33,283 nt of DNA, from positions 1 through 33,283 of IMG/VR virus record IMGVR_UViG_3300040810_000002. One strand, written 5' to 3'. How positions within the stretch are numbered: position 1 is the first letter of the stretch; the number at the start of each line of letters is the position of its first letter. This DNA comes from a virus (lineage: Duplodnaviria; Caudoviricetes). The notes under the pieces are model-generated. The model did no database searches. It was not told where the DNA came from and saw only the letters and a program-made list of their open reading frames with translations. This document shows positions 8,805-17,702 of this stretch, in pieces. Position numbers and translations under genes: made by a program.

Positions 8805-9594
8805 CCTTTTAAAACAGCTTGAACTAGAGGAATTATCCTTAGTGGATCGTCCTGCCAATGCAAAAGCTATGGTTTCCCTATTCAAGCGTGACAACTCCGA
8901 AGAGGAACAAATGACAGATAACGTAGAAAAGATGTCAGACGACCTAAAGGCAAAACTAAAGCCTTATATGGACAAAGGAATGACCGAAGAAGAGGCAATG
9001 AAAGCCTATGACGAGGACATGAAGAAGTCTGACGCAGCAGAAATTGATGAACTAGACCTGCTGAAAGCTGAGAACGACACACTGAAAATCCAGAACGAAG
9101 ACCTACGTAAGGCTCTTATCGAAAACGGTTTCATTATCAAGTCTGACTCAATCGAAAAGAAAGTTGAACCAGAGTACATTGAGTACGAAGGGGAACAAAT
9201 CAATAAAGCAGATGTACCTGCCGTTATTCTCAAAGCATTGGAAGAAGCAGAGTTTGCTAAAGCTGATGCAGAACTAACAAAACGTGCAACAGAAGCCCTA
9301 CCACACTTTGCAGAAGATGTAGCTAAATCCTTGGTTGCTGAGTTCGGTGAAGTAGAAGGTGTTATGGAAGCCCTTAAAGCTGCCGATGCGACATTCGCAG
9401 AAAGCATGGAAGAGGTAGGAAAATCAGATGCAGATGGTGAGTTCGCTACTGCAACTGATAAAATGGAATCCCTTGTAAAATCTTACATGGATGAAAACAA
9501 AATGAAGAAGGGCGATTACGCTAAAGCATACGCTGCTGTAGCTAAGACCGACGAAGGTAAAGCCCTAATCAATAAAAGCTATAAAGGGGAATAA
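8797..9594 (+). CDS. Capsid scaffold protein
   Basis: N-terminal LEELSLVDRPAN motif followed by an acidic, helical/coiled-coil body. Located between the protease and capsid genes. RBS AAGGAAG. Confidence 0.7.
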   Translation: MANLLKQLELEELSLVDRPANAKAMVSLFKRDNSEEEQMTDNVEKMSDDLKAKLKPYMDKGMTEEEAMKAYDEDMKKSDAAEIDELDLLKAENDTLKIQNEDLRKALIENGFIIKSDSIEKKVEPEYIEYEGEQINKADVPAVILKALEEAEFAKADAELTKRATEALPHFAEDVAKSLVAEFGEVEGVMEALKAADATFAESMEEVGKSDADGEFATATDKMESLVKSYMDENKMKKGDYAKAYAAVAKTDEGKALINKSYKGE

Positions 9595-9596
9595 TT

Positions 9597-9971
9597 ATGG
9601 CTGTAATGCAATCCCGTGATACACGGACATTTATTGCTGGTGAGGACCTGTCTTCATCACAGTTCAAATTCGTAACTTTGGAATCAGACGGTAAAGTTGA
9701 CCTAGCAGACGCTGCTGGTGAAAACGCAATCGGTGTGCTGATTAATGACCCAGCAGCAGACGAAGCTGCTACAGTCGTAATGTCAGGTAAAGTTATGGTA
9801 ACGTCAGGTGGTACTATTGCTGCTGGCGCACAAATTCAAACAGATGCATCTGGTGACGCACTAACTGCTGCGGCAGGTGATGTAGTTCTAGGTTACGCTT
9901 TGGAATCAGCGGTTGATGGTCAAGTATTTGCCATTGAGTTGATCCAAGGTGGTAACGTAGTACCAGCGTAA
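9597..9971 (+). CDS. Capsid cement/decoration protein (DUF2190-like)
   Basis: 124 aa, A/G/V-rich, with GVL...A-x-VV-x-SG...GGTIAAG...DASG-x-A and LGYALESA motifs. Directly precedes the major capsid gene. Confidence 0.7.
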   Translation: MAVMQSRDTRTFIAGEDLSSSQFKFVTLESDGKVDLADAAGENAIGVLINDPAADEAATVVMSGKVMVTSGGTIAAGAQIQTDASGDALTAAAGDVVLGYALESAVDGQVFAIELIQGGNVVPA

Positions 9972-9995
9972 CCAGCGATAGGAAGGATATAACAA

Positions 9996-10976
9996 ATGCC
10001 ATTGCTAACACCAAATTCGGTACATATTGATCAGCCGTTGACAAACCTGACCATTGCTTATGTACAAGACCAAACAAACTTTGTCGCTGACAAGGTTTTC
10101 CCAACAGTAGGCGTTCAGAAACAATCTGACAAATACTACATCTATGACCGTGATAACATGAACCGTTCAGGTGATGTTAAGGCTCTTGCACCACGCACAG
10201 AAGTCAACCGTATCGGTATGTCAATCTCAAACGCATCATACTATGCAGACGTATATGGCCTAGGTATGGACTTCGATCAGCAAACTCTTGCTAACGAAGA
10301 TGCAGCACTAGACATTCGTTCAGCGGGTGCAGCTACATTGACTAACCGTCTGTTGATCCACCGTGAAGAACAATTTGCTTCAACATTCTTTGCAGCAGAT
10401 GTTTGGGGTACAACATCTACACCATCAAACTTGTGGTCAGATTATACAAACGGTACACCAATCGCAGACGTAACAGCCGCTCGTCGTACCATGCAGCTAA
10501 AATCTGGTGGCTTCAAGCCAAACACAATGGTTGTCGGTAAAGAGGTGCGTGACATCTTGATCAATCACCCAGACATCCTAGCACGTTTGAATGGTGGTGC
10601 AACTGTAACAAACACTGCATTGATCACTAACGCTAAGTTGGCTGAGATTTTTGAGGTAGAGAACTTCTACGTCATGGAAGCAGTCAAGAACTCATCAGTT
10701 GAAGGTGTCGCAGAAAGCAACGCATTCATCGGTGGTAAACATGCTCTACTAGCACACGTTGCTCCAAATGCAGGTCTAATGACACCAATGGCTGGTGCGA
10801 CATTCGCATGGAACACACTAGACGGTGTGAACAACTTGGGCGTAACAGTTGAGTCATTCTCTGACGATGCTCTAAAGCGTCAACAAGTTGCAGAACACAT
10901 CCAAGTTAAAATGTCCTATGATATGAAAATCACAGGCGCAGACTTGGGTTACTTCTTTGAAGCAGTTGTAGCGTAA
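9996..10976 (+). CDS. Major capsid protein (HK97 fold, gpE-like)
   Basis: 326 aa. HIDQPLTNLTIAY...FVADKVFPTVGV...KPNTMVVG motifs, strong RBS AGGAAGG, biased codon usage, followed by a hairpin. Confidence 0.85.
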   Translation: MPLLTPNSVHIDQPLTNLTIAYVQDQTNFVADKVFPTVGVQKQSDKYYIYDRDNMNRSGDVKALAPRTEVNRIGMSISNASYYADVYGLGMDFDQQTLANEDAALDIRSAGAATLTNRLLIHREEQFASTFFAADVWGTTSTPSNLWSDYTNGTPIADVTAARRTMQLKSGGFKPNTMVVGKEVRDILINHPDILARLNGGATVTNTALITNAKLAEIFEVENFYVMEAVKNSSVEGVAESNAFIGGKHALLAHVAPNAGLMTPMAGATFAWNTLDGVNNLGVTVESFSDDALKRQQVAEHIQVKMSYDMKITGADLGYFFEAVVA

Positions 10977-10989
10977 GCTATTTACTCTG

Positions 10990-11015
10990 GGGGGCTGTAA
11001 TGGCCCCCTTATTCT
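10990..11015 (+). terminator. Hairpin or weak intrinsic terminator after the major capsid gene
   Basis: GGGGGCT-gtaat-GGCCCCC stem-loop followed by TTATTCT, an imperfect U-tract. Confidence 0.6.
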
Positions 11016-11033
11016 ACTAATGATAGGTGTAAC

Positions 11034-11429
11034 ATGATCCGACAAGAACAAATGCCTTTCCAGTTTGACCGACCCTTATTCGTGCGTGTACCTTTTGATG
11101 CAGCAGGACGTTCATGGGAGTCAGGACAAGAGTTTAAATGGAAAGAGATGTCCATGCCAGAAACCAATGTGATGACCCTCTATAATCAGAGGATGTTACA
11201 TCACAATGCTGAACTAGAAAAAGAAGTTAAGGCTGGTGATGGACTAGAAGAATTAAATATAGATGGGCTACACGAAGTCGTTAAGAGTATCAATGCCAAG
11301 GTTAAGGTTAAGACACCTAACGCTAATATGTACGAGAAACATAAGTGTAAGACATCTAAGATACTAGATAAACAGCGTGGGCTTATTCGTAGCTGGCGTA
11401 GAAACCACGGGCATTATGAGGTAGATTGA
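11034..11429 (+). CDS. Hypothetical phage protein (head completion region)
   Basis: 131-aa ORF with RBS AGGTG, coupled to the next gene by a TGATG overlap. Confidence 0.6.
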   Translation: MIRQEQMPFQFDRPLFVRVPFDAAGRSWESGQEFKWKEMSMPETNVMTLYNQRMLHHNAELEKEVKAGDGLEELNIDGLHEVVKSINAKVKVKTPNANMYEKHKCKTSKILDKQRGLIRSWRRNHGHYEVD

Positions 11430-11896
11430 TGGCTTGGAGTTATGAGGAAACCGATCTAAGGACAACAACGGCCTCTGGTCGTCTGAATACTGTCCGACTG
11501 TTACTTGGTGATACAGACAGTAACGACCAACAGGTGCAGAACGAAGAGATCGCTTTTGCTCTGGCTCAAAATAATAATAACGTATATTACGCTGGGGCTT
11601 GGTGTGCAAGAATAGTTGCTGCCAAGTACTCACGTAAGGTAACGACATCAATAGACAATGCTATAAGTGCTGATTACAGTGACTTAGCAAAGCAGTATAA
11701 CAAGTTAGCAGAAAGCCTAGAGTATCAGGGTAAGAAGTCTGGTGCTGTTGTTGGTATTAAGGCTGGCGGTATTACCAAGTCAGGTGTAGACGCTATACGT
11801 GCCAACACTAACCGCATTACTCCCTCATTCCGTAGGGATCGCTTTCGTAATCCACCAAGCTATAGTGGAGAAGATTACGGCTCAGACTACGACTAG
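11429..11896 (+). CDS. Head-tail adaptor (gp15/gp6-like)
   Basis: VRLLLGDTD...NEEI-x-F-x-L motif and position after the capsid genes. ATG at 11429 preferred over TTG at 11426 (RBS GAGGT). Confidence 0.7.
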   Translation: MAWSYEETDLRTTTASGRLNTVRLLLGDTDSNDQQVQNEEIAFALAQNNNNVYYAGAWCARIVAAKYSRKVTTSIDNAISADYSDLAKQYNKLAESLEYQGKKSGAVVGIKAGGITKSGVDAIRANTNRITPSFRRDRFRNPPSYSGEDYGSDYD

Positions 11897-11905
11897 GAGG
11901 TCTAG

Positions 11906-12262
11906 ATGTCTTTTCGATCCTTTGATCCCTATGACATGATAAGGGACTTCGGCAAAGAAGTTACACTGCACAAACAGACCACGGATGGGACATACGATCC
12001 AGCCACAGGTACTTTGTCGGGTGGGGCGACTACAGATTATACAGCCTTTGCTTACTTCTATAACTTTGAGGTAGGCATTCAGGGCGAGACTGATCTTAGG
12101 CGTGGTACCAGACGTTGTGTAATTTCTGCGTTGGGTCTTGCAGTTGCTCCTGATGATGGTGATACTATCTCAGGGTTTGGTGACACAGTACACATCGTAA
12201 GGGTTACCACTCACTACAGCAACGGTCTAGCAGTCATGTATACCTGTGAGGTTGCAGAGTAA
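11906..12262 (+). CDS. Head closure / head-tail joining protein
   Basis: 118 aa, FGKEVTL...GTYDPATG...APDDGDTI motif. RBS AGGAGG. Position in the connector cluster. Confidence 0.65.
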   Translation: MSFRSFDPYDMIRDFGKEVTLHKQTTDGTYDPATGTLSGGATTDYTAFAYFYNFEVGIQGETDLRRGTRRCVISALGLAVAPDDGDTISGFGDTVHIVRVTTHYSNGLAVMYTCEVAE

Positions 12263-12675
12263 TGAAGATTACGATAAACAGGTCTTTCTACAATAAGAAA
12301 GAACAACTCAAAGAGTTTCCTGCTGAAACACTTGAGGCTGTCGCTAGAAACATGTCTGTAGATGCACCTTTCCTAAGTCAGTACTTTGTGGACACAGGTG
12401 CCTTTATAACCTCTTGGCAGATTACTGATGGTCGTAGAGGTCGTCCCCGTGGACGCTCTTCTCACGGTAAACCTAGACGTAAAGGTGATCAAACATTTGC
12501 TAAAGCAATGGCAGCAGAGTCTACTAGACAGATGCAGTCGGACATAGCTAAGATAGATTTTCGTAACACGACAAGATTAGTTTTACGTAATGGCGCACCT
12601 CATGCTAGATACGTCGATGCTAAACACTCTAAGGTTATGGATCAGTTGAGGAACAAATATGGCAGATATTCATAA
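12262..12675 (+). CDS. HK97 gp10-like neck/tail completion protein
   Basis: VDTGAF-x2-SW and N-x-APHARYV motifs, basic composition, canonical position. Confidence 0.65.
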   Translation: MKITINRSFYNKKEQLKEFPAETLEAVARNMSVDAPFLSQYFVDTGAFITSWQITDGRRGRPRGRSSHGKPRRKGDQTFAKAMAAESTRQMQSDIAKIDFRNTTRLVLRNGAPHARYVDAKHSKVMDQLRNKYGRYS

Positions 12676-13066
12676 AGACATTAGGGCTGCTTTGGAAAGT
12701 CAACTGTCCTCTATAACAGACGTACCTTCTATTGCGTATGAGAACGTACCTTTTAATCCGACAACAGGGCAAAACTACTTAGAGGTTTCGTATATCCCTA
12801 TTACTCGTCGCCCAACTGTACGGGGCTTAAATCCACAGCAGAGATACGATGGTATCTTTACTATTAACTGCTATGTCCCAGAGGGTGCTGGCCCTGCGGC
12901 GGCAGACACTTTAGCTAAAAATGTCATGGAAGCATTTGAGGCCACAACTAAACTTACCCATAACAGTAAAACTGTAAACATTGATTATGCAGAAAGAACA
13001 CAGGGAATAGTCGATAGTCCTTTCTACTTCGTTCCTGTTTCCATTGGATGGTATGCATACAACTAA
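12659..13066 (+). CDS. Tail terminator protein (DUF4128-like)
   Basis: IAYENVPFNP...GIFTINCYVPEGAG...A-x-TLA motif. Immediately upstream of the tail tube gene. Confidence 0.7.
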   Translation: MADIHKDIRAALESQLSSITDVPSIAYENVPFNPTTGQNYLEVSYIPITRRPTVRGLNPQQRYDGIFTINCYVPEGAGPAAADTLAKNVMEAFEATTKLTHNSKTVNIDYAERTQGIVDSPFYFVPVSIGWYAYN

Positions 13067-13080
13067 CTAGGAGATAACTC

Positions 13081-14001
13081 ATGGCCTTTGCACAGGGTTC
13101 ACGTTCCAGTCTGTCGTACATTGTAGAAAGCACTTTTGGTACGACACCTACTGGTAACTTCACTAACTTACCTTTTTCTACTCACTCACTAAACCTATCT
13201 AAAGATCGTGTTGCTGGTAACGACATTCAGGCAGACCGTATGCCACGTGTTGATCGTCACGGTAACCGTCAGGTTGGTGGTGACATTTCTGTCGATATGC
13301 GTGATGCAGACTATGACGATTGGCTAGAAGCTGCCATGCTAAACACATGGTCAACTAACGTACTTAAAGTTGGTACAACACCTAAGTTCTTCTCTATCGA
13401 AGACTATGCTGCTGACATCGACCAAGCCCGTTTGTTCACTGGTTGTACAGTAAACACAATGGGTGTTTCACTAGCACCTAACCAAATGGTAACAACAACC
13501 TTTGGTGTCGTCGGTAAAGACATGACAATTAGTTCTACTGATATTGCTGAGTCACGTACTATAGATGCAGCCTCTGGTGCAGCACCTTTTGATGCTTACT
13601 CTGGTGACCTAAAGATTGCTGACAGTGGTTCAACTCTAGCATCATCGGCTATTGTTACTGGACTAGACTTCACAGTCACTAACGGTTATGCACCTACATT
13701 CGTTATCGGTGATGACTCAGCACCAAGCCTAGAGTTTGGTCGTGCAGAAGTAGAAGGTACACTATCAGCGTACTTTCAAGATGCAGCACTAGTAAATCGT
13801 TTCATCAACGAAACAGAGACAGCACTTGAAGTTTCTGTAGGTGATGGCACAAACACAATGACATTCCTATTCCCACGTGTGAAAGTAAACTCTGCTGATG
13901 TGGGTGTAGATGGTCCTACAAGTCGTGTAGTATCTATGTCCTTCGTTGCTCTATATGACACAACAGAAGCGACAAACTTATCTATTACACGATCTGCGTA
14001 A
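13081..14001 (+). CDS. Major tail tube protein (non-contractile tail)
   Basis: 306 aa. YIVESTFGTTP, VGGDISV, FTGCTVNTM, EGTLSAYF motifs. RBS AGGAG. No sheath gene nearby. Confidence 0.8.
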   Translation: MAFAQGSRSSLSYIVESTFGTTPTGNFTNLPFSTHSLNLSKDRVAGNDIQADRMPRVDRHGNRQVGGDISVDMRDADYDDWLEAAMLNTWSTNVLKVGTTPKFFSIEDYAADIDQARLFTGCTVNTMGVSLAPNQMVTTTFGVVGKDMTISSTDIAESRTIDAASGAAPFDAYSGDLKIADSGSTLASSAIVTGLDFTVTNGYAPTFVIGDDSAPSLEFGRAEVEGTLSAYFQDAALVNRFINETETALEVSVGDGTNTMTFLFPRVKVNSADVGVDGPTSRVVSMSFVALYDTTEATNLSITRSA

Positions 14002-14002
14002 T

Positions 14003-14065
14003 CCCTAGCTAGGGTCGGGGGGTGTTGGTGTCGGGTCTGGCATCCCCCACTATAATTACCCGACA
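14003..14065 (+). other. Structured intergenic RNA element: hairpin plus loop-to-downstream pairing (candidate H-type pseudoknot)
   Basis: Palindrome CCCTAGCTAGGG (14003-14014). A 12-bp stem, 14017-14028 with 14037-14048, contains four G-U pairs. Its 8-nt loop TGTCGGGT (14029-14036) is exactly complementary to ACCCGACA (14058-14065). Confidence 0.55.
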
Positions 14066-14085
14066 AATCCCGAAGGAGACTCGAC

Positions 14086-14484
14086 ATGGATTTAAAAGAC
14101 TTAAAACCTAAAAGTGATACAGTAGAAGTAGAAATTGTACATCCAAACACTTTAGAACCACTAAAGAACGAAGATGAATCTACTATGACTATTACTATGT
14201 ATGCCCCACACTCTAAGGAGTACAAGGCTGTAGTACATGAGCAAACCAACAAACGCTTGAAGCAAACCCAGAAGAACAAGCGTCTGGAACTAACTGCCGA
14301 AGACTTAGAACGTACTGGACTAGAGTTGTTAGCTAAAGCTACTAAGACTTGGAACATTACGTTTGGCGGTAAGCAGCCTAAGTTTTCTGTTGATGCAGCT
14401 ATGGACATTTACGACGAGGTTTTCTGGATACGTGATCAAATCGAAGAAGCTATCAATGACAGCTTAGATTTTACGAAACCGTAG
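14086..14484 (+). CDS. Tail assembly chaperone (gpG-like)
   Basis: 132 aa between tail tube and tape measure genes, with HPNT...WNI...WIRDQI motifs. RBS AAGGAG. Confidence 0.75.
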   Translation: MDLKDLKPKSDTVEVEIVHPNTLEPLKNEDESTMTITMYAPHSKEYKAVVHEQTNKRLKQTQKNKRLELTAEDLERTGLELLAKATKTWNITFGGKQPKFSVDAAMDIYDEVFWIRDQIEEAINDSLDFTKP

Positions 14485-14825
14485 TACAACAACTTTGCGA
14501 TTGGGCAGAGCATACCTTTAAGCTAGATAAGCCTACAGGTAAAGGTGCTACGGAAAGAGAACACCTAGAACAAGTACAAAAGCAGACTGGTAGGAATGTA
14601 TCTGGTTTAGAAACAGATGTTGAGTTCCCTAATGTGTTAATGCACGTATGGTCTGCTTTTGTAAGCCTAAGTAATTCACGATCTGCTGGTTTTAGTGGCC
14701 CAAACCCTTTGACCTACACTGAAATAAAAACGTGGATGGAACTTACAGACACACCCCTCAAGTCTTGGGAAGTAGAAGCAATAAAGCGGCTAGATGCTGT
14801 TTACATAGGAGTTGCACATGGATGA
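14460..14825 (+). CDS. Tail assembly chaperone gpT-like frame, probably reached by -1 frameshift
   Basis: The -1 frame is open from 14460 (after TGA 14457-14459) to 14825 and overlaps the last 8 codons of gpG around A GAT TTT AC. It reads FYETVVQQLCDWAEHTFKLDK...GFSGPNPLTYTEIK...WEVEAIKRLD. No good early start codon. Confidence 0.65.
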   Translation, partial: QLRFYETVVQQLCDWAEHTFKLDKPTGKGATEREHLEQVQKQTGRNVSGLETDVEFPNVLMHVWSAFVSLSNSRSAGFSGPNPLTYTEIKTWMELTDTPLKSWEVEAIKRLDAVYIGVAHG

Positions 14826-17103
14826 CATCCAGTTAGTGATGAAGGTTGATACAGCACCTGTTGATCGTGCTGTCAGAGTCATGGACAACTTAGAAGCTGA
14901 GTTGCGTGATGTCGAACGTGCTATGGACAAGAACCTTATCACGGAAAAGCAGTACAATGCTGAAACCCAAAGACTCACGCAGTCTATGGCTCGTCTTAAA
15001 ACAGTTGCAAAAGGTTCTTCTAAAGACTTTCGTGCCTTTGAGAAAACTGTATATGGTTCTGGTAAAGCAATGCGACAAAAAGAGATCGCAATGCAACAGG
15101 CTGGTTATCAGCTACAAGATTTTATCGTACAGGTGCAAGCAGGTACTAACCCACTAATTGCGTTCTCACAACAGGGTTCACAGTTAGCGGGTTTCTTTGC
15201 TGGACCTTGGGGTGCTGCTATTGGTCTTGGTATTGCTGCGCTTGGTGGACTTGGCACTGCCATCTTAGGTGCTGGCGGTAAAATGCAATCTCTTCAAGAT
15301 CAAGTAGAGGCGTTTGCTGAATTAACCGATAGCTGGCATGGATCAGCTAAGACCGCATCAACACAAACAGAGGTTTTAGCAAGAGCTTTTGGTAACTTAG
15401 CAGAAAACATTAAACTTTCTCTAGACAAACTAGCAGATTTTGAAGCTAAATTGCAAGAGCAAGCCTTTCAAGATGTTGCGGCTTCTATGCGTGATAAATA
15501 TGTTACTGGTGGTGGTGGGGAAAGACGTACTGCTTTAGCTGACTTGTTTGGACTAGGTTTAAATTTTAAAGGTGGTACTGAAATTAAGGGTACAGGAACT
15601 TTTGGTTTTGGTCGTGAAGAAGTCGCAGGTAATCAGCTTGGGGAACTAGTGTCTGGTTTTGGTGCTGTGTCTGAAACTACTGACCCAGAAGAAAGGCTTG
15701 GTATTTTAACGAATATGGTAAACGCTGCCATAGACCTTGCTAACGCTAATGGTGAAATTAGTAAGCAAGAGCAAGAGTTAATTAACACCTTAACAAAGCA
15801 GAAAGAAACTTACGAATCTATTGTATCTACTAAGAAGCTGGGACTTAATGTAAACCCACAAGACCAAGAGGACGAGTATCAGGATAGGCTCCACAGAACT
15901 AAAGTTATCATGGTGCAGATAGAAAAGGAACGTCAAGAAGCTGCAAAAAGAGAAATTCAAGATGCGGCAACCATTAGGGCTGCTATGCAATCTGCTGCTA
16001 TAAAACGAAGAGACTCAGAGAAAGCTGCGGAAGAACAACTAGCTAACGACAGGCTGCAAATATCTTCTGCCTTACAAGCGTCCTATTTAAAGTCCACTGC
16101 TGAAAGAGAACAAGCTGAGTACGAAGCATATCAGCGTGGTATAGATCACAGATATAAAGGTGAAGCCGCACTATTTGATCAAGCTGTGGAAATATCTGAC
16201 AAACTCTTAGAGAAAATTGAAGAGGACGCAGAGAAAGCTGCAAGAGCCTACGAAAATGCTTTTAATGCCTCGTCTTTCCTGTTTGCTAACAGGTTTGCAG
16301 ATGAAACAGCTTTAATGAATATGCCTGTCACTATAGACCCTGACAATAAGCCTGATAGTAAGAAAAAAGGTAAAACCCCAGCACAAAAACTTGACGAGTA
16401 CATGAAGGGTCTTGAAAGAACCGTTAAGTTAGAGCAAAAGCAAGTCGGTGTATCTGAGGAAGTCGCCAGAACACTGGAACTACGTGAAGAATATGAGAAG
16501 CGTGGACTAAAGGTAAATAACTCTAGAATAGATGCTTTGGTAAAAGAAGAAGAGGCTCTTCGTAAGGCGACAGAACTACAAGAGAAGCATACAGCCAGAG
16601 TTGACATGATAGGTGATGCCTTTGGTGATATGCTGATGGGTATTGTAGATGGTACAATGAAAGCTGACGAAGCCTTCAAGAACTTTATGTACAACATCAT
16701 CAAACAGCTTTACCAAGAGTTGGCTATTGACCCAGCAGTGTCGTTCCTCAAGTCATTCCTACTAGCAGACGGTGGTGTTATGTCACGTGGCAAACTTACG
16801 CCATTCGCTTACGGGGGTGTCGTAAATGGTCCTACTGTATTCCCAATGGCTAACGGCATGGGACTTATGGGTGAATCTGGACCAGAGGCTATCATGCCAC
16901 TCAAGCGTGGACCTAACGGTAAACTAGGTGTCGAAGGTGGCGGTGGAGTTACTGTCGTACAGAACATCAACGTATCTACTGGTGTACAACAAACTGTACG
17001 TACTGAGATCAAGTCCTTAATGCCACAGATTGCAGAGGCATCTAAAGCAGCCGTTGCTGATGCTAAACGTCGAGGCGGTTCGTATGGAAGGAACTTTGCA
17101 TAA
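14818..17103 (+). CDS. Tape measure protein
   Basis: About 761 aa, helical and A/E/K-rich. QQAGYQLQDFIVQVQAGTNPLIAFSQQGSQL near the N-terminus and FAYGGVVNGPT...GLMGESGPEAIMPL near the C-terminus. RBS AGGAG before ATG 14818. Confidence 0.9.
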   Translation: MDDIQLVMKVDTAPVDRAVRVMDNLEAELRDVERAMDKNLITEKQYNAETQRLTQSMARLKTVAKGSSKDFRAFEKTVYGSGKAMRQKEIAMQQAGYQLQDFIVQVQAGTNPLIAFSQQGSQLAGFFAGPWGAAIGLGIAALGGLGTAILGAGGKMQSLQDQVEAFAELTDSWHGSAKTASTQTEVLARAFGNLAENIKLSLDKLADFEAKLQEQAFQDVAASMRDKYVTGGGGERRTALADLFGLGLNFKGGTEIKGTGTFGFGREEVAGNQLGELVSGFGAVSETTDPEERLGILTNMVNAAIDLANANGEISKQEQELINTLTKQKETYESIVSTKKLGLNVNPQDQEDEYQDRLHRTKVIMVQIEKERQEAAKREIQDAATIRAAMQSAAIKRRDSEKAAEEQLANDRLQISSALQASYLKSTAEREQAEYEAYQRGIDHRYKGEAALFDQAVEISDKLLEKIEEDAEKAARAYENAFNASSFLFANRFADETALMNMPVTIDPDNKPDSKKKGKTPAQKLDEYMKGLERTVKLEQKQVGVSEEVARTLELREEYEKRGLKVNNSRIDALVKEEEALRKATELQEKHTARVDMIGDAFGDMLMGIVDGTMKADEAFKNFMYNIIKQLYQELAIDPAVSFLKSFLLADGGVMSRGKLTPFAYGGVVNGPTVFPMANGMGLMGESGPEAIMPLKRGPNGKLGVEGGGGVTVVQNINVSTGVQQTVRTEIKSLMPQIAEASKAAVADAKRRGGSYGRNFA

Positions 17104-17702
17104 TGGCTATTACTTATCCACTAAACTTACCGACACATACAGGTATAGCCTCTATTGAGTTACATGCAATCAATGCAGTAGCATACAGTCAGTCCCCATT
17201 TACATTTGAAGGGCAAGTACATGCTCATGCTGGTGAGATGTGGACTGCTGATGTATCTTTACCACCTATGAAACGTGCTGATGCAGAGCAATGGATAGCC
17301 TTTCTAATGAGCCTAAGAGGTCAATATGGTACCTTTAGACTTAGCGATCCAACAGCGGCTGAACCAAGGGGTACAGCGACAGGTATGACAATTACTGGGG
17401 GTACTGGTGATCGTACTATTAACGCTACTGTAACTAGTGGTAGAACTCTAAAAGCTGGTGATTACTTTGGAATAGTATCAGGTGGTAAATACCGACTACA
17501 CAAAATTTTAGTAGACTACGTTGGGACAAGCAGTCCAGCAAGTATGGAAATATGGCCAGCACTTAGAGATTCATATACTAACTTAAATGTGGACCTATCT
17601 GCACCACAAGGTCAGTTTCGTCTAGCTAGTAGTGACACCAACTGGTCTGTCAACGATGCCAGTTTCTATGGTATAACATTTGGAGCAATAGAAGCAATAT
17701 GA
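17103..17702 (+). CDS. Distal tail protein (Dit-like)
   Basis: First gene after the tape measure. SQSPFT...W-x-A-x-VSLPPM...W-x-AFL-x-SLRGQ motif. Confidence 0.65.
   Translation: MAITYPLNLPTHTGIASIELHAINAVAYSQSPFTFEGQVHAHAGEMWTADVSLPPMKRADAEQWIAFLMSLRGQYGTFRLSDPTAAEPRGTATGMTITGGTGDRTINATVTSGRTLKAGDYFGIVSGGKYRLHKILVDYVGTSSPASMEIWPALRDSYTNLNVDLSAPQGQFRLASSDTNWSVNDASFYGITFGAIEAI

Noticed and set aside
14051-14056. Perfect TATAAT as a sigma70 promoter
   Set aside because: No credible -35 or extended -10 TG at proper spacing. It lies in the linker of the predicted RNA structure. An activator-dependent promoter cannot be fully excluded.
14003-14085. Pistol or other known ribozyme, or preQ1-type riboswitch, identity for the intergenic pseudoknot
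   Set aside because: The hairpin-loop pseudoknot is superficially similar, but the additional helices and conserved catalytic or ligand-binding nucleotides are not evident.
13776-14408. 210-aa antisense ORF across the tail tube and chaperone genes
   Set aside because: Antisense shadow of two well-supported genes, with no recognisable motif or RBS.
14634-14825. Stand-alone 63-aa gene as listed in the ORF track
   Set aside because: The frame is open 174 nt further upstream and there is no clear RBS. It is better explained as the frameshift-accessed T segment.
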